A stretch of 64,000 nt of DNA from Camelus ferus (taxonomy: Eukaryota): NCBI RefSeq assembly GCF_009834535.1, contig NC_045696.1, forward strand, positions 107,076,001-107,140,000, in the 5' to 3' direction. This document shows, in pieces, positions 24,236 through 37,414 of this stretch. Made by a program: the position numbers and the translations under genes. A model generated the notes under the pieces. It ran no database searches. It saw only the letters and a list, made by a program, of their open reading frames with translations, and was not told the origin of the DNA. Numbering within the stretch: the stretch's first letter is position 1; every line of letters begins with the position of its first letter.

Positions 24236-26329
24236 AAATGTCTGGCGGCAACGCACCCCCAAACGCTCTGGCTTCCTCAGGACTCTTCATGGTGACACAG
24301 TCACAAATTTCCATCAAAGCTAGATAGTCACACTTTGAAACTGGCACATGCGAGGGGGCACTACAGTCTTCAGGAACCCCCTCAACCTGATCAATCCACC
24401 TAAGAGATTCTGGGGGGAGAGAGTCCCTGTTGGCACTCGGGTGACATTTCAAACAGCTTGAGTCCCCACCTCCACATACGGCTGAGGCGACTTCGCTTAG
24501 ACCACAGGGAAAGAGCACAAAAGACTTACCAGTTCCCTCTACTTGTGCGTGAACACTGCAGATGAGTGAAAACCACGTGCTCTATTTCCTCCCTCACCAT
24601 CAGGGGTCCAGAGGAGTGGGTATAACCCATCCATCGAGGCATAATCCATCCAGTGAGTGGGTATAACCATCCCATTGAGCACAGGGCTTTCTCTGGCAGT
24701 CTGAAAGCCCTCAGCACCTTGCTTAGCCCCTCACAAAGAAGAGGCATTCAATAAATAAAATTAAATTTTAAACCAAAATTATAAAAATTTCACCTCTTTT
24801 TTTTCCCCTAAGAGCTGGAATTTTCAGGGAATAAAATTATCCGTACCTTCTGATTAGTGATTAATGAGAGACAATTCACAATTCTTTCCCACATGAAAAT
24901 TGTGCTTTAAAATGCAGAACTAGTCAACTCTCTCACTTGGGGAGCAGAGGGGATTTCTGGAATCCGACCAAGTCTGCCTTTCTCAGTACATTTCCCTGCT
25001 AGCAATGCTCTTAGGAATCAAATGTGGTTTATTTCATTTTAAGTCGCTTTTTTTTTTTTTTCCAATTCAGGAAAATGAATGTTGGAGCCAGATAAGAAAC
25101 TATAGTCTGCTTTCAAGAAGGTTACAAGAAAACTGCATCTTGCATTACTAATCCTTTATCTTCGTGTTAACAAAAAGATTACTGACACATTTTTGAATAA
25201 AAGAAAATAAAATAGCAAATGTATCTTAGGAAATGTGTAACTTTCATGCAACACACAAATCAGTTGTTAAATATTTTTAAATGAAAGAAAATGCATAATA
25301 AATTTTTTCCTTTAGAAGTTAAGAAACCAACTTTTGAAGATAGGAGAAAAAAAGAAAAGAAAACTAGGATTGGGAAGCGTCTTTCACAGAACGTAGGATA
25401 TGAGTTAAATGGTTATACCTATAACTTCTTAACAGATAACACGTTTCCTAAAAATGATTGCATTGGCCCAAGTAAGTGTTGTTTTGTGAGGGGAAACATT
25501 TCAAAGTCTGTCTCTGTGTTTCTTTCCTGCCAGGTTAGACTTCATTTCTCAGAGTCCCTGAGGAAGATTCTGGGAGACTGAAGCCAGCCAGACATATTTA
25601 CCCAAGAACCTCAGGAACAAGGCCCAGGACAGAGAGCCAACCCAAACCAACCAGCAGTGCTGACCAAGCCCACCCCACAGCATGGGGTCTCCTCCTCATT
25701 TATCAAATGAGATAACAACATCCTTACCTCCGAGAATTAAATGGTATGTGGTGGACTGAATAGATAAATACTGAGGAAACATAACTGCACACAAGAAAAG
25801 ACAGTTGTTATTTTTGAGCAAGGAAAAGAGAGCCTGAGAGCATCAGGTCACAGGATGGAGGGAGGATGGTGGAAATGGGATTAATCTCCCAAGATGACAC
25901 TGCCAGCGACAGAATTCAGAAGACCTGGAGGGACATCTGCCTGAGTGTTCTGTTTATCCTTGGAAGTGGTCAAAGATGCTGAATTCTCCTTTAAATGTTA
26001 GTTTTCCAGCAATGTCATGATAATAGCCTGGTAGTAAGAAGAAACACTCATTGATATCAGAGTGGTTCTAAGTACTTTATACATCATCTCATTGGATCCT
26101 AACCAGCTCTGTGAGTGAGCTGTTACTACTGTCCTCAGCCTGAACGTAGAGAGAATTTCAAGATTCTGATTCTTGTTAGAGATGGGAGAACCTACTTAGG
26201 TCTCAGCCCCATGCAATCTGCTTCCACCCATCCTTTTCTGGAGAACTCTGTGTGGAAATATCAGCTGCTTGTGCCTTCTGACGAGTGGAGGCGGGTTGTT
26301 GGGGGGTGGGGAAGTGTGGTGTGGTGTAA

Positions 26330-26612
26330 GTGACTACTCAAGGTTCTCCAGAGAAACAGAACCAGCAGGATAACTCAAGCAGACAGGAAGAAAGCAAAAG
26401 GGGGGCTAATTCTTCCTTCCAATGCCCGTTTGTTCTATTTAGGTCCTTAATGGATTAGATAATGCTCACCCACGTTGGGGAGGGCAGTCAACTTTACTGA
26501 ATCCATGGATTCAAATGCTAACCCAAAAACACACTTATACACACCCAGAAATTATGTTTAATCTGTGCACCTTTTGCCCCAGTCAAACTGACCCACAAAA
26601 CTGACCATCCCA
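26330..26612 (-). mobile_element. MLT2-type ERVL LTR, internally deleted
   Basis: ggttctccagagaaacagaaccagcagga, tttgttctatttaggtcctt, cacacccagaaatta, cccagtcaaactgacccacaaaactgaccatc. Confidence 0.8.
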
Positions 26613-27364
26613 GGAGGTGACTGGCAGGGCACGACTGGGCATATCTGGCTCTCTAGTCACGCTATCAACATAAAGCACAAAATCTGATCCAGAACATTAA
26701 TATGACCGGAGACTCACCGAGGTCATGTTATAGAATGGGACATGTACATTACTGGGCCCCTCGCTAGGTTACCAAGGCACAGGACCATGTTCTTAAAGTC
26801 CTAGCACCTGCCACAAGCTCCCCGGAAACAGCCAGGCTTGTCCCCTTCACTACCTGTGTGAAGGCTGAAGCTTCACCCAAAATGCTTTTTCAACTCTGGG
26901 GAAAACGCTAAGGAAATGAGCAGCTAATCATCCTAAGAGTTCAGGTGATGTTATCGTGTTCAATTATTTCCTTCCAGAGACACTCCCCAGAAATCCACTG
27001 CGTGCTCACCGTTTGAACTTACACATTGGAGAAAGGTTAAGAGGCCCTTTAATTCTAATTAAGTGATTGGTAAACTCCAAGTCAAAACAACAGTGGAAGG
27101 AAATCCATTACGTGTGAGGAAGACACTTAATGAAAAGAGTCCTCTAGAGGAAGAAATAATAATAAAACGGGGCGAACTTGGGAAACTGAGAGGGTCTGTA
27201 TGATGAATCACCATGTGTATTGGTCTGGCCAGGCTCTTCCTCTGGAGAAACCCCTTCCCTCGTCTAAGTGGACCTGGGGGGCTGTCAGTCATAAGACACT
27301 CCTTCCTCACCCCCCAGTCACACAGGCATGGGCTTGAAATCCAGTCTGATTACTTAAATATATA

Positions 27365-27820
27365 TATGTTTGTGTATCTCCATGGACACTTGGGATGTTT
27401 CCACGTCTTGGCTATTGTAAATAATGCTGCAGTGAACATGGGGGTGCAGACGTCTTTTCAAGATAGTGATTCTGTTTCCCTTCTAAATACTTAGAAATGG
27501 GATTGCAGGATCATATGGTAGTTCTACTTCTAGTTTTTTGAGAAACCTCCATACTGTTTTCCCTAATGACTGGACCGTTGTGCATTCCCACCAACAAAAC
27601 ACAATGGTTTCCTTTTCTCCACATCCTCACCGAGACTCGTTATTTCTTGTCTTTGTGCCATTCCTCACAAGTGTAAGGCAAGAACTCACTCATTACGGTT
27701 TAGATTTGCATTTCCCTGATGATAGTGATGTTGAGCACCTTTTCATGTACCTGTTGGCCATTTGGATGTCATCTGTAGAGAATGTCTGTTCAGTTCCTCT
27801 GACTGTTTTTTTAATCAGAT
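27365..27820 (-). mobile_element. L1MA/MB-like ORF2 3' fragment
   Basis: atggacacttgggatgtttccacgtcttggctattgtaaataatgctgcagtgaacatggg; gatgttgagcaccttttcatgtacctgttggccatt. Confidence 0.88.
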
Positions 27821-28064
27821 TCCACCTAAATGTCTTATTGCCATACGTTTACCCCTCACTAACGGGTGCGAGGTTTAAGGCTGCCTAAATTTAGAGAAAA
27901 GTAAAAAAAAAAAAAAATTTTGGACATAGGATCCCCAAATGTCCTTCTAGAGGGAAACTGGAAGAGCCAGATATTCTAGAATGTCTCCTCTATAACCTGT
28001 GCAAGACCTTTCCTCAGCTTCCAATCTTGCTTTCCCAAATGAACGAATTACAGAAGAAAAGGAG

Positions 28065-28290
28065 CCAGCACTAACTTGCACTGCACTATGCCAGCCACTG
28101 TGGGGGGTTTGACACATGCCATCTAATCTTCAGAGCAAGCCTGCAAGATAAGAAATATCCCCATTTTACAAATGAGGAAACCAAGACTCAGAAAGGTGTA
28201 GAAACCTGCCCAAGGCTACACAGCTAGTGCACAGCAGAGCCACAAATTAACACCTGTATCTGTATGAATCCAAGCCTCATGTCCTTTCCA
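28065..28290 (-). mobile_element. MIR SINE
   Basis: atccccattttacaaatgaggaaaccaagactcagaaagg...ctgcccaaggctacacagctagt. Confidence 0.88.
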
Positions 28291-28751
28291 GTTCAGGAAG
28301 CCGGAACACCATCCACCACTCCCATTTCTTGGAGCAGACAACACGCACGGCGATGGGTGGGGAGAGAGTATTCAGTGTAACCATCGTTTATCAGGTTTGC
28401 CGATTGCTGTGATGAGAGACCCGGGCATCAGGATCCCTGCGCTCGTGGAGCTTGAGGTGCCCCAGGGGAAACAGACCATTACACAAACCGCTGCACTTCA
28501 GGTTTGAATGAGGTTACAGTGTAAAGTCACTTGGGGTCCTGAAGCGGGAACCGCAGATCCTCATGGGCTATGGCAGAGGAACGCCGTATGGAGGAGGGAC
28601 TTATCCTGAGCTTAAGAAGGTGGGATTTCAATCAGCGGAAAGGGTGAAATAAGGAGGGCTTCTCCCTTGACTGAAACTGCATGTGCAGTTAGTTGGCTGT
28701 GTGCCCTTCCACTGTCCAGGTGTACAGAGAACTGTACAGGGTGAGACACTG

Positions 28752-29150
28752 CATTGATCAGAATGGCCTCGTTTATGCTATGGTAACAAATGACCCCAAA
28801 ACCTCAGTAGATTTTTAAAATAATACTTATCTTGCTTAACTTCTTGTTCACCATGCTTTGTGGAGGAGCCCACTACCTGTCTCTTTGACTCTAGGATGCA
28901 GGCTAATGAAACAGCCTCTACCAGGAACACCCCCACCGTGAGAGAGGGCAAAACGTCACCAGAGGGGCTTACACCATCAACTCACTGCTCCAGTTGGAAG
29001 TGACTCCTGTCACTTCCACACACATTTCTTTGTCTGATACTAACCCAGAGCCCGATCCAATCAGAGAGGGACCCAAGGAATACAATTCTAACAGGGGCCC
29101 AGAAAGTAGAGAGCCAGTGATATCTGCAAACAGTGGAAGTGACTACCACA
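28752..29150 (-). mobile_element. MLT1K/L-like MaLR LTR
   Basis: ttatgctatggtaacaaatgaccccaaaacctcagt...ggaagtgactcctgtcacttcc...tgactaccaca. Confidence 0.75.
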
Positions 29151-29244
29151 ACTGGTATAGACGCTTGTCCATGACGGGGTTCACGTGAGGCAAGGACATG
29201 AGAAGATTGTCATATGGAGAGAAAATAAAATCCAGAAATCAGAC

Positions 29245-29850
29245 CAGCAAACAGGCATTGATTAAGCACCTACTAGGCGTTAAGCTTTGTGCAAAGCCTT
29301 GGGGACTCAAAAATGAGTAATATAGTGTCTGTCTCCAAGGAGCTAACAGTCTGATAGTAGTAAATGATGCGTATTATAGACTGAACTGTGTTCTCCCGAA
29401 ATTCATATGTAGAAGCCTCAGCCCCTGGGGTGACTGTATTTTGAGACAGGGCCTTTAAGGGAGTAGCTAAGGTTAAATTTAGGTCACAAGAGTGGGGCCC
29501 CAACCCCAACTCTCGGTGTCCTTAAAAGAAGAAGAGACACCAGAGCTCCCTTGTTCTCAGTGCACACACACAGAGAAAATGCCTTGTGAGGACACAGCAA
29601 GACGTCGGCCATCTGTGGACCAAGGGGAGATGTCTTAGCAGAAACTAACGCTGGAAACTTGATCTTGGACACCCAGCCTTCAGAACAGTGAAAAAATAAA
29701 TTTCTTGTTTAAGCCACCTTGGTGGTGGTATTCCGTTATGGCAGCCGAGCAGACAATACAGCGCGTAGGCAGATAATTATAATGTGATGCAGTAAGTACA
29801 GTGATAGAGACATACAGGTGGGCACACAGGAGAAGGGGCTCCTCCAGTGG
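29245..29850 (-). mobile_element. L2 3' end interrupted by an MLT1A LTR
   Basis: cattgattaagcacctact...ccttggggactcaaaaatgagtaa...aggagctaacagtct; resumes with ataattataatgtgatg. Confidence 0.7.
29372..29760 (+). mobile_element. MLT1A-type MaLR solo LTR
   Basis: tagactgaactgtgttctcccgaaattcatatgtagaagcct...aaataaatttcttgtttaagccacc...gttatggcagccgagcagacaataca. Confidence 0.88.
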
Positions 29851-31734
29851 TTAGAACACAATGGTGTTTCACCACAGCCACAGGTCACCCTAATTCTGTG
29901 TCCTGGTGCAGAACCCCGGGGGCAGGGCCCTGCCTCTACTTGGAGGAAAAGATTCAGGAGAATTGGGTGGCTTCAAAAAATCAGTCACGGTCTAGTGTCT
30001 CCCCTTATGTGGCCCAAGGCAGGTCCCCTGCAGGAAGATTCTTAGAAAGATGCTCAAAGTCCACCTCCTTAAGGGTGAATGTGAAAGAGACTGTGCTAAG
30101 GCTAGTACTATTACTTCCTGCCCCTTTATCCTCTTTGGTCATCAGCTACTTTGCTCCAAAGCCATAGGAAGCAATAATTTTCTGAGATACCCAAGAATTT
30201 CACTTTATATTGGGTAAAAGCAATACACTGAATAATCACAATTCGTGGAATGTGATCACAAAGCATTTCTATGCTGTCTTTCTATATTCCTTTAACGTTT
30301 ATTCATCAGAGTAAGTACTTCTGCTCTTGTATGAAACTTAGACTGTTTCCATGACTTTTCTAATGACTTACAGGGAAAAAAATCCTACAGACAGTTTCAA
30401 AATGCAGTTAGAATGTCCTGTCCCACATAATAGTCAACTCTTCTAACTTCATTCAAAGTTCAGCTGATCTTTCCCTTCCCAGCGATGACCTGCTACCTGG
30501 GAAGAGGAGGTAGTTGACTTCCGGCTTTCTTACCCACTTTCTCTCTCATCCCCAGCCACTGTTTCTGACACTCCAAGACTGGGAGCTCAGGGGGAGAAGG
30601 GAGGAGAGCAGGAAAGCTGTTACTTGACTGGCACTATCCTAAGCTCCACAGTTATGACTTGATGACACCCGATTCTCTGGTCCTACCCTGAGTCACCTGT
30701 GAAGCATTTTCACAAGTTATTCAGATTCCCATTGATTTCTCGCCTGCCATTTGCTTCACTCAGGCAACTGCATTTCTAGTACAGTTGATTACTTCCTGTG
30801 TCCACAGTCCCCTGGGAAGTTCCCCCACCCGCTTTCTGTCAGTTGGGTCCCATTGACCCTCCACAATCCCCTACTGGATAGCACTCAGCTCTTTCACACA
30901 CAAGCAGTCATCTGGCCCTTAGGGACACTCTTGCCCCTTTGCCCTAACACAGGATGATCCCAACATAGACACCACCTTGAAATCGTCCACCAGCAGTCAG
31001 CCAGCCCATCTCTCATTCTTTGAAGATTTACACAGTGGGAGTCAGGCAGCAAGCCACTATGTCCTCCATTCTCTGGGTGGTCCCACTGAAGTGCCCCTCA
31101 CTAGGCTTGAGGCAAAGTCACCCCTCCCATGCTGAGGACAGGGGTTACTCACAAAGTAGCTCTCTCCAAAGAACTTCTCATTACAAATTCTCTCTAATCC
31201 CCAAAAACCCAACTGTTTCCACTCTTGATGTGCATGTATGTTTAAGAGAAAGAAAACTCATTTTTTAATATTTTCTTTGCAAATTGGCATCATGATCTGG
31301 CTTCTGGCTATGATATGTCACCCATAGTCTTTGAGTTTCAGCTAAAGCTTCCATTTTAATATCCAGTTACTCAGACTGTGGTGGGCAGAATTGCCTGCAG
31401 TCCTGCAGAGTCCTACCCAGATGGCAGGGGATTTTAAATAAGATTCCCTGTGGGACCGGAATCCATACTCACTACTGATTTAACAGCCCAGAAAGACCCT
31501 CTTCCTCGGTGGGGTTTCACTCAAAGCATTAATCCTGTCTGGTCTCTTCATTCTCTTTGGTCTCATTATTCCTGATTTCAAAGTATTTGGATCCAAGAGC
31601 CAAAGCCTGATGCCTGTGCCATTCACACCAACCATCCAGCTCAGAGTATGTGTTCTGATTGCAATGCAATAAGATTGGAACACATCAGAAAAGGATGACC
31701 ACACCCAAAAAGACCCATGGCCTTGTTAATTTAT

Positions 31735-33170
31735 AAAGGACATTTCTAAATAACTCATGAGACAAAGAAGCCGTGACAAAGTATGGAACATTCAGAATTG
31801 AATGATGGAAAAACTACACATCAAAATTTGTGACATAGCCCCAAGGAGGTACTTAGAGGAAATTGTGTAGTCTTGAATGAATATTTTTAAAAAGAAAAAC
31901 ACTGAAGGGTAACAAAGTGAGCATCACAAGACGTTAGGAGAAGAAACAAGAAAAATCAAACAGTAGAAGGTTAGAAATAATAAATAATATTTTAATAGTA
32001 AGAAAGAAAAGAAACAGTAGAAACAGCAATAAAATAGAAAAATCTCTGGCAAAACTGATCAAGGAAGAACATATGAAGAGACAGCCTCCTCTAAAAAAAT
32101 AAATAAGACTAAGAATTTTTTAAAAGACTTAACCACAGATCCAACAGATATTTTAAAATCAAAAAGAAATGTTACAGAAACCTTTATAGCAGTCAATTTA
32201 AATACTGAGATAAAATGAAAAAGATAAATTGCCAAAACGGCCTAGAGAATAAATAGGATACTGGGTTAGAACCATAATCAGTAAAAGCATCAAGTCTTGG
32301 CAGTTCTACAGTTGTTTTATCAAACCTTCAAGATGTAGATACCTTCTACTTTATCAACATGTCCCAAAAAGTAGAAAACGAAAAAAGATACCCCAACTCA
32401 TTTTATGGAGTTTGCATAACCCAGATACCAAAACAGGACAAAGAGATTATGAGGAGGAAAAATTGTAGGTCCATCTCATTTATGAGCAAAGATGAAAAAT
32501 ATTTTTTTAAATATTAGCAAAGTAAATAAAGGAAAGTATGAAAAATTGGTCATGACTAAGTAGAGTTTATTCCAGTTCAAAAGGATGTTCTAACAGTTTA
32601 AGATCTATTAACTGCTTCACAAAATAAGTTATGTAACTGGCCAGTAGGCATAGAAAGAGGTGCTTATTGTCGTAAGTCATGAGAGAAATGCAAATTAAAA
32701 CCACAAAGAGATAGCACTTCATACTCACCAGAAAGGCTAAAATTAAAGATTAGCAATACCAAATGTTGACAGAAATGTAGAGCCACTGAAATTCTCATAC
32801 AATGCTGATGAAAGTGGAAAATGGTAACACCACTTTGGAAGGCTGTTTGACAATTTCTTATAAAATTAAAAATACACCTATGTTTTATTGGCCAAAATTG
32901 CATCTCATGCCACAATTATATAATGAATGTAATGAATTACTATTATAAAATAATTAATCTTATTATTAATTTTCTAACTCATACCATATATAAGAGAATA
33001 TATTTGAAGTATATATAACCAACAAATAGTTATCGGAATATGTAAAGGAAAGTACAAGAATAATCTAATACAGTCAGTGCTCAAATGGCCAATAAACGTG
33101 TGAAATGAAGCCCGTCTTCACGATGAAGAAAGAGATTAAAACAACAAACTTCACCAAAATATCAAACTGT
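31735..33170 (+). mobile_element. Ancient L1M ORF2 remnant with internal deletions
   Basis: actacacatcaaaatttgtg, tacttagaggaaatt, ccccaactcattttatg, gaaatgcaaattaaaaccacaaagagatagcacttcatac. Confidence 0.8.
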
Positions 33171-35055
33171 CAGTCAGACCAGTGGAGATGAGGCCCTTCT
33201 AGGGAGAAGGATTACCATGCGCACACGCGTCTAACACGGCAAGGACACTTACACCTCCATGTGTGTTTACGTCGGAAAAGAGAAGCAAAAATTTTATATG
33301 CAAGTAAACATCAAACCTGGACACTGAGACGTTTTTCTCTGCATCCCTAGCACAAACCCACATGGAGTCCAGTGGCTCAGAAAATAAAGGCTCTCCAACC
33401 CCCAGCCTTCCCAGGATTCTATGTAGCTCTTCCTCCTGGGGTGTGGCTACATTAACAAGTGAGTTCTAAGCCACTCATCCATTCACCACGTGGGTGCAAG
33501 GACTCCCTTAGATGTGCCTCAATCAGACAAAACAGCAGTTGGGATTACTTCCTGCCTTCCTCTGGCAAAGCCCCGCCCCCTCCTAGACTAGTTCCAGGAG
33601 CATCTGAGATTTGGAGGAGCTTTGTGCCATGGTCCGTGTGCTGACCTTTCCCGGCATAATAGCATGCTGTAGCTGAGGCTGTATTACCTCAGAAATCCAA
33701 AGCACAGACAAAAATAACTTGTAAAGAAAGTAGAAAGCACCAGGGGCAAGGTAAAATCGTTATATCAACGTGTTCCCAAACAGTAAAAATAATTCTTCCA
33801 TTGTCTCCTTTTCATCATCACATTATATTATTGTCTCTATGTTGATAATGGCAAGTTTTCTAAACTTTATCGAAATTTTACAGGTTAAAAAAGAAGCGCA
33901 GGTAATCATGGAAAATGTTTGACTCAAGAAATGTAGGTGGGGAGGGCAAGATGGAATTTTGGGCATCACTTATCACAGAGAGCAAGATAAGAACAAAAAC
34001 ACTGGAGGCTAAATAAAATCCTGAGGTGGAAGGAAGGACAGCGGGGTGGGTTCTTCCTGGCTGGGGGTGGTGGGAAGGAACAGAGGTGAGGACCGGCTCC
34101 TTGCCTGCAACACCTAGTCCTAGGGGAGGTGGTTGTAAGAACCAGCCCACAAATGAGGATGAAAACAGGAACTCACCCACTGAACTAATTATATATCTTG
34201 TTTAAACGTTAGGGGCATAGGGTCAGGGGCAAAACTAAGATGCACCCATCAGTGGACTCTCTCTCGCTCGCTCTTATTTCAGAAGTAAATAGCAACAGCG
34301 GGAAAAATACAAAAGGGATAGGTTTTGAAGGCCAAGTTGAAGAGCAGGAAGAAAATGAGGTAAGGTAGCTATTGTAAGCCAGCGCATTAAGATAATGTGT
34401 TTACGGGAGTAGAAAAGCTGCTGGTGGATTTTCACTCCTTGTCTCTCCAAGCAAAAGGTCTGGGGGGGCAGTGTGGGTAGTGAGCACATTCTAGGATCTC
34501 CATACCCCAAGGAAAACTGAGAGTGACCATTCGGGTCTCACCAGTCTTCAAAGAAAATCAAAATTAGTCCAGATGAACCACAAGAAGCGAGACAGTGTTT
34601 CCCAGTCCCTTTCCATCACCATCCCCCTAAGGAGTCATTTGAGGTGTTTTTCCCTAATTGCCCCCACTTCAGTGTCAATACCACAGATATGCTGTATATC
34701 TGTTTATGCACGGCATGCATCTCCGTGCTGTATACGTAAAAAGACTGAGACTTTTTTGGCTTCCGAGAACCAGTTTTCACCCCCTTGGGAGTGATGTGCT
34801 CTTCAAGGATTCATGGTATAGACCTGTATACTCTTTTGCTCCAGCTTGCCTCGGATGGCTTCTTATAACCGCAGTCAATTGATTAAATTAAGTTATATTT
34901 TTATAGAAAAGTATGACAAGCAAATTACCAGGAATAGATGTATTATCTTGAGCTAATGACTGCAGTCGGTAATGGTGCTCACGTACATCTGGTGGCAAGT
35001 AACAGAATTGCAGGAGTACAGGTGAAACAGAGAATCAGCTCTGAAGAGGCTCTCT

Positions 35056-35240
35056 GCTACTATATACAAAATATAAACAATAAGGTCCTACTGTGTAGCA
35101 CAGGGAACTACATCCAATACCTTGCAATAACCTATAATGAAAAAGAATATATATATATGTATAACTGAATCACTATGCTGCACTTCAGAAACTAACACAA
35201 CATTGTAAATTAACTGTACTTCAATAAAAAAAAATAAAAC
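35056..35240 (+). mobile_element. Short cetartiodactyl-type L1 3' tail
   Basis: aaggtcctactgtgtagcacagggaactacatccaatac...aactgaatcact...cttcaataaaaaaa. Confidence 0.9.
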
Positions 35241-35689
35241 AAAGAGGTTTTGTGTTTATCACAAAAATCTCACACGTGCACATCTCTCCCCACCCTGAAA
35301 ATCACTCCTAGAATCTGTATTCCATATGGTCTTACTGGCCAAGAAGATTTTGTTATACTTTCTGAGCCATGTTAGTAGTGCGGAATAAAAATAAGATTTA
35401 CTTTAATAAAATTTTCCAAATCCAAACCATAACAGAAAATTTAATGTGATTTTTTTCAGGCCACATTGTCTCTAAATCCTGATACAGCATCCTATTGGTG
35501 GGGACAAGGTGTCCATCTGAAAATCACTCTTCCGGAAAAATTGACTTCATGATCATTGAAGCAAATATCTCAGAGTCAGCTTGAAAACAAAAGGCTAAAG
35601 TCAACCACACAGCCAATTGGTTCCTAAAGCATCCATCCACTTCTTGATTCAAGGAAATCTTTGCAAATTGGTTTACATTATAATAATAG

Positions 35690-35875
35690 TTGTAATAATA
35701 GCTCCCATCATTCCTACGTAAGCTAGAGGTGAGCGCTGCTGTGGTCCCCATTCTACAGCTGTGGAAAGTGAGGCTCACCTTGCCCAAGCCCACAGGGCTG
35801 TAATGAAAGAGGTAGAGTCGGAATTCAAATCTAGCTCTGCCTGAGCCCAAAGCCCACGTTTTAACCACATCACAG
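35690..35875 (-). mobile_element. MIR SINE
   Basis: ccccattctacagctgtggaaagtgaggctca...ttgcccaagcccacag...ggaattcaaatctag. Confidence 0.8.
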
Positions 35876-36993
35876 CCCCTCCCTCTGTGTAGACAAAGCC
35901 TAGGTAGATAGGAGTGTTCAACGTCAAGTAGAAATAGTTCTGCTAAAATACAAGCTGTGTCACACAACTTTGTGGGCTTTTGAAAAATTTGGACAACAGC
36001 TCCATCCTTCTAAAACCAAGCAGGTTGGAAAAGCCACTGTGAAGATTTGTTTTCGAATCTGAGACCCACTCCAAGAGGGTGTGCTCGGAGTTCAGCAGAC
36101 AATGAAAAATCATCCCCGGCTCTACCCTCTAACAATCAGTGCGCGGAACTCCCGCTCTCTGTCAACCTCCCGGCTAAAGCCGGCTTGGGGGGCTCTCTGC
36201 TTTGCATGCGACTGCACAGAGGCAATTTATTTTCTCATTGGAAATGGTGATGCCGAGAGAGCAGAGCCGTGTCACACATGGGGGAGCCACCACTATAGGG
36301 AACAGAAGCTCCTTCCAGCTTGGCTTAGCTGCCATCTTTTAGGCTGCCGTGATAGCAGCCAGAACGGTGCATACCCAATCCCTGTCTCAAGCAGGATTGA
36401 GAGTGTCTCAAATCCCTGCTTCTTAGAGAGAATAATGGCCAGGGTTCGTGGGGGAGAAAAGGAGGGGAACCTCTCTCTTGAAACTCTGACTATTGGGCTC
36501 CTTAAAGATGGATTAGCATTTCAGAGATTTATTCAGTTTCTTGGGTAGAGAAGCTGACTCACAGATACTATAAGTTTGGGCGTGATAGCTTAGAGCTAAA
36601 TCTGTGTTCTTAAGCAGAATCTCAAACCAATAATTTTGAGGAGGCATAATGGAGTGCTGTGATCACCCCAAAACTCCATAAATAATGAACTCACATCCCT
36701 CCCCTCCTTACCCGACAGTCAAGAATCAAACACCCTTAGCCTTCCAGAGCATCTGAAAACACACAAGTATCCCTGGCTGTTACCTGCACGGGCAAAAATT
36801 AAAAAGCCAGGGGTTGCCTAAGAGGGAAGATTACAGGAAGAATGACTTGATTGGTGGGTTTGCAATGAAAGGAACTCCTTCACAGGTAAGCCCTAGCTGT
36901 AAAAATCAAGTGCCATTAAGAGCAAAAAGAAGGAATAGGGGGAAAATTGAGAAGAATCCACAAAATCCAAATTCTAGAGAATCATACTAACAG

Positions 36994-37410
36994 TAGCACT
37001 GCCCAGTAGAAATCTGTGAGTCACAAATGCAAGCCACATGTGTCATTTTATTTTTAGGGGTTTTTTTTGGGGGGGTTTTTTTTAGTGGAGGTACTGAGGA
37101 TTGAACCCAGGACCTCATGCATGCTCATCACGCACGCTACCACTGAGCTATACCCTCCCCCTGTAATTTTAAATTTCCTAGTAGTCATGCAAAAATACAA
37201 AAGAACAGGTAAAATTAATTTCTATGATTTATTTTACTTAACCTAGTGGATCCAAGATATCCTTTTTAATTATGGAGAGTTTTACCTTCCATTGTTTATA
37301 CTAAGTATTCGAAATCTGATTTGTACTTTATATACACAGCACTGCCCAGTTTGGACTTGCCACACTTCGAGTACTCAGTGGCCAAATGCGTCTAGTGGCT
37401 AATGTATCAG
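36994..37410 (+). mobile_element. MER33 hAT-Charlie element (interrupted by a SINE)
   Basis: agcactgcccagtagaaat...gtaattttaaatttcctagtag...aacaggtaaaattaattt...gccacacttcgagtactcagtggcc...ctagtggcta. Confidence 0.85.
37051..37161 (-). mobile_element. Vic-1-like SINE
   Basis: ggaggtactgaggattgaacccaggacc...ctaccactgagctataccctcccc; TSD TGT(C/A)ATTTTA at 37041-37050 and 37162-37171. Confidence 0.92.
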
Positions 37411-37414
37411 TAGA

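Noticed and set aside
36171..36270. Possible pre-miRNA hairpin (ggctctctgc...gcagagcc; ccggct/agccgg)
   Set aside because: The arms pair over only 6-8 bp, and I recognise no mature miRNA.
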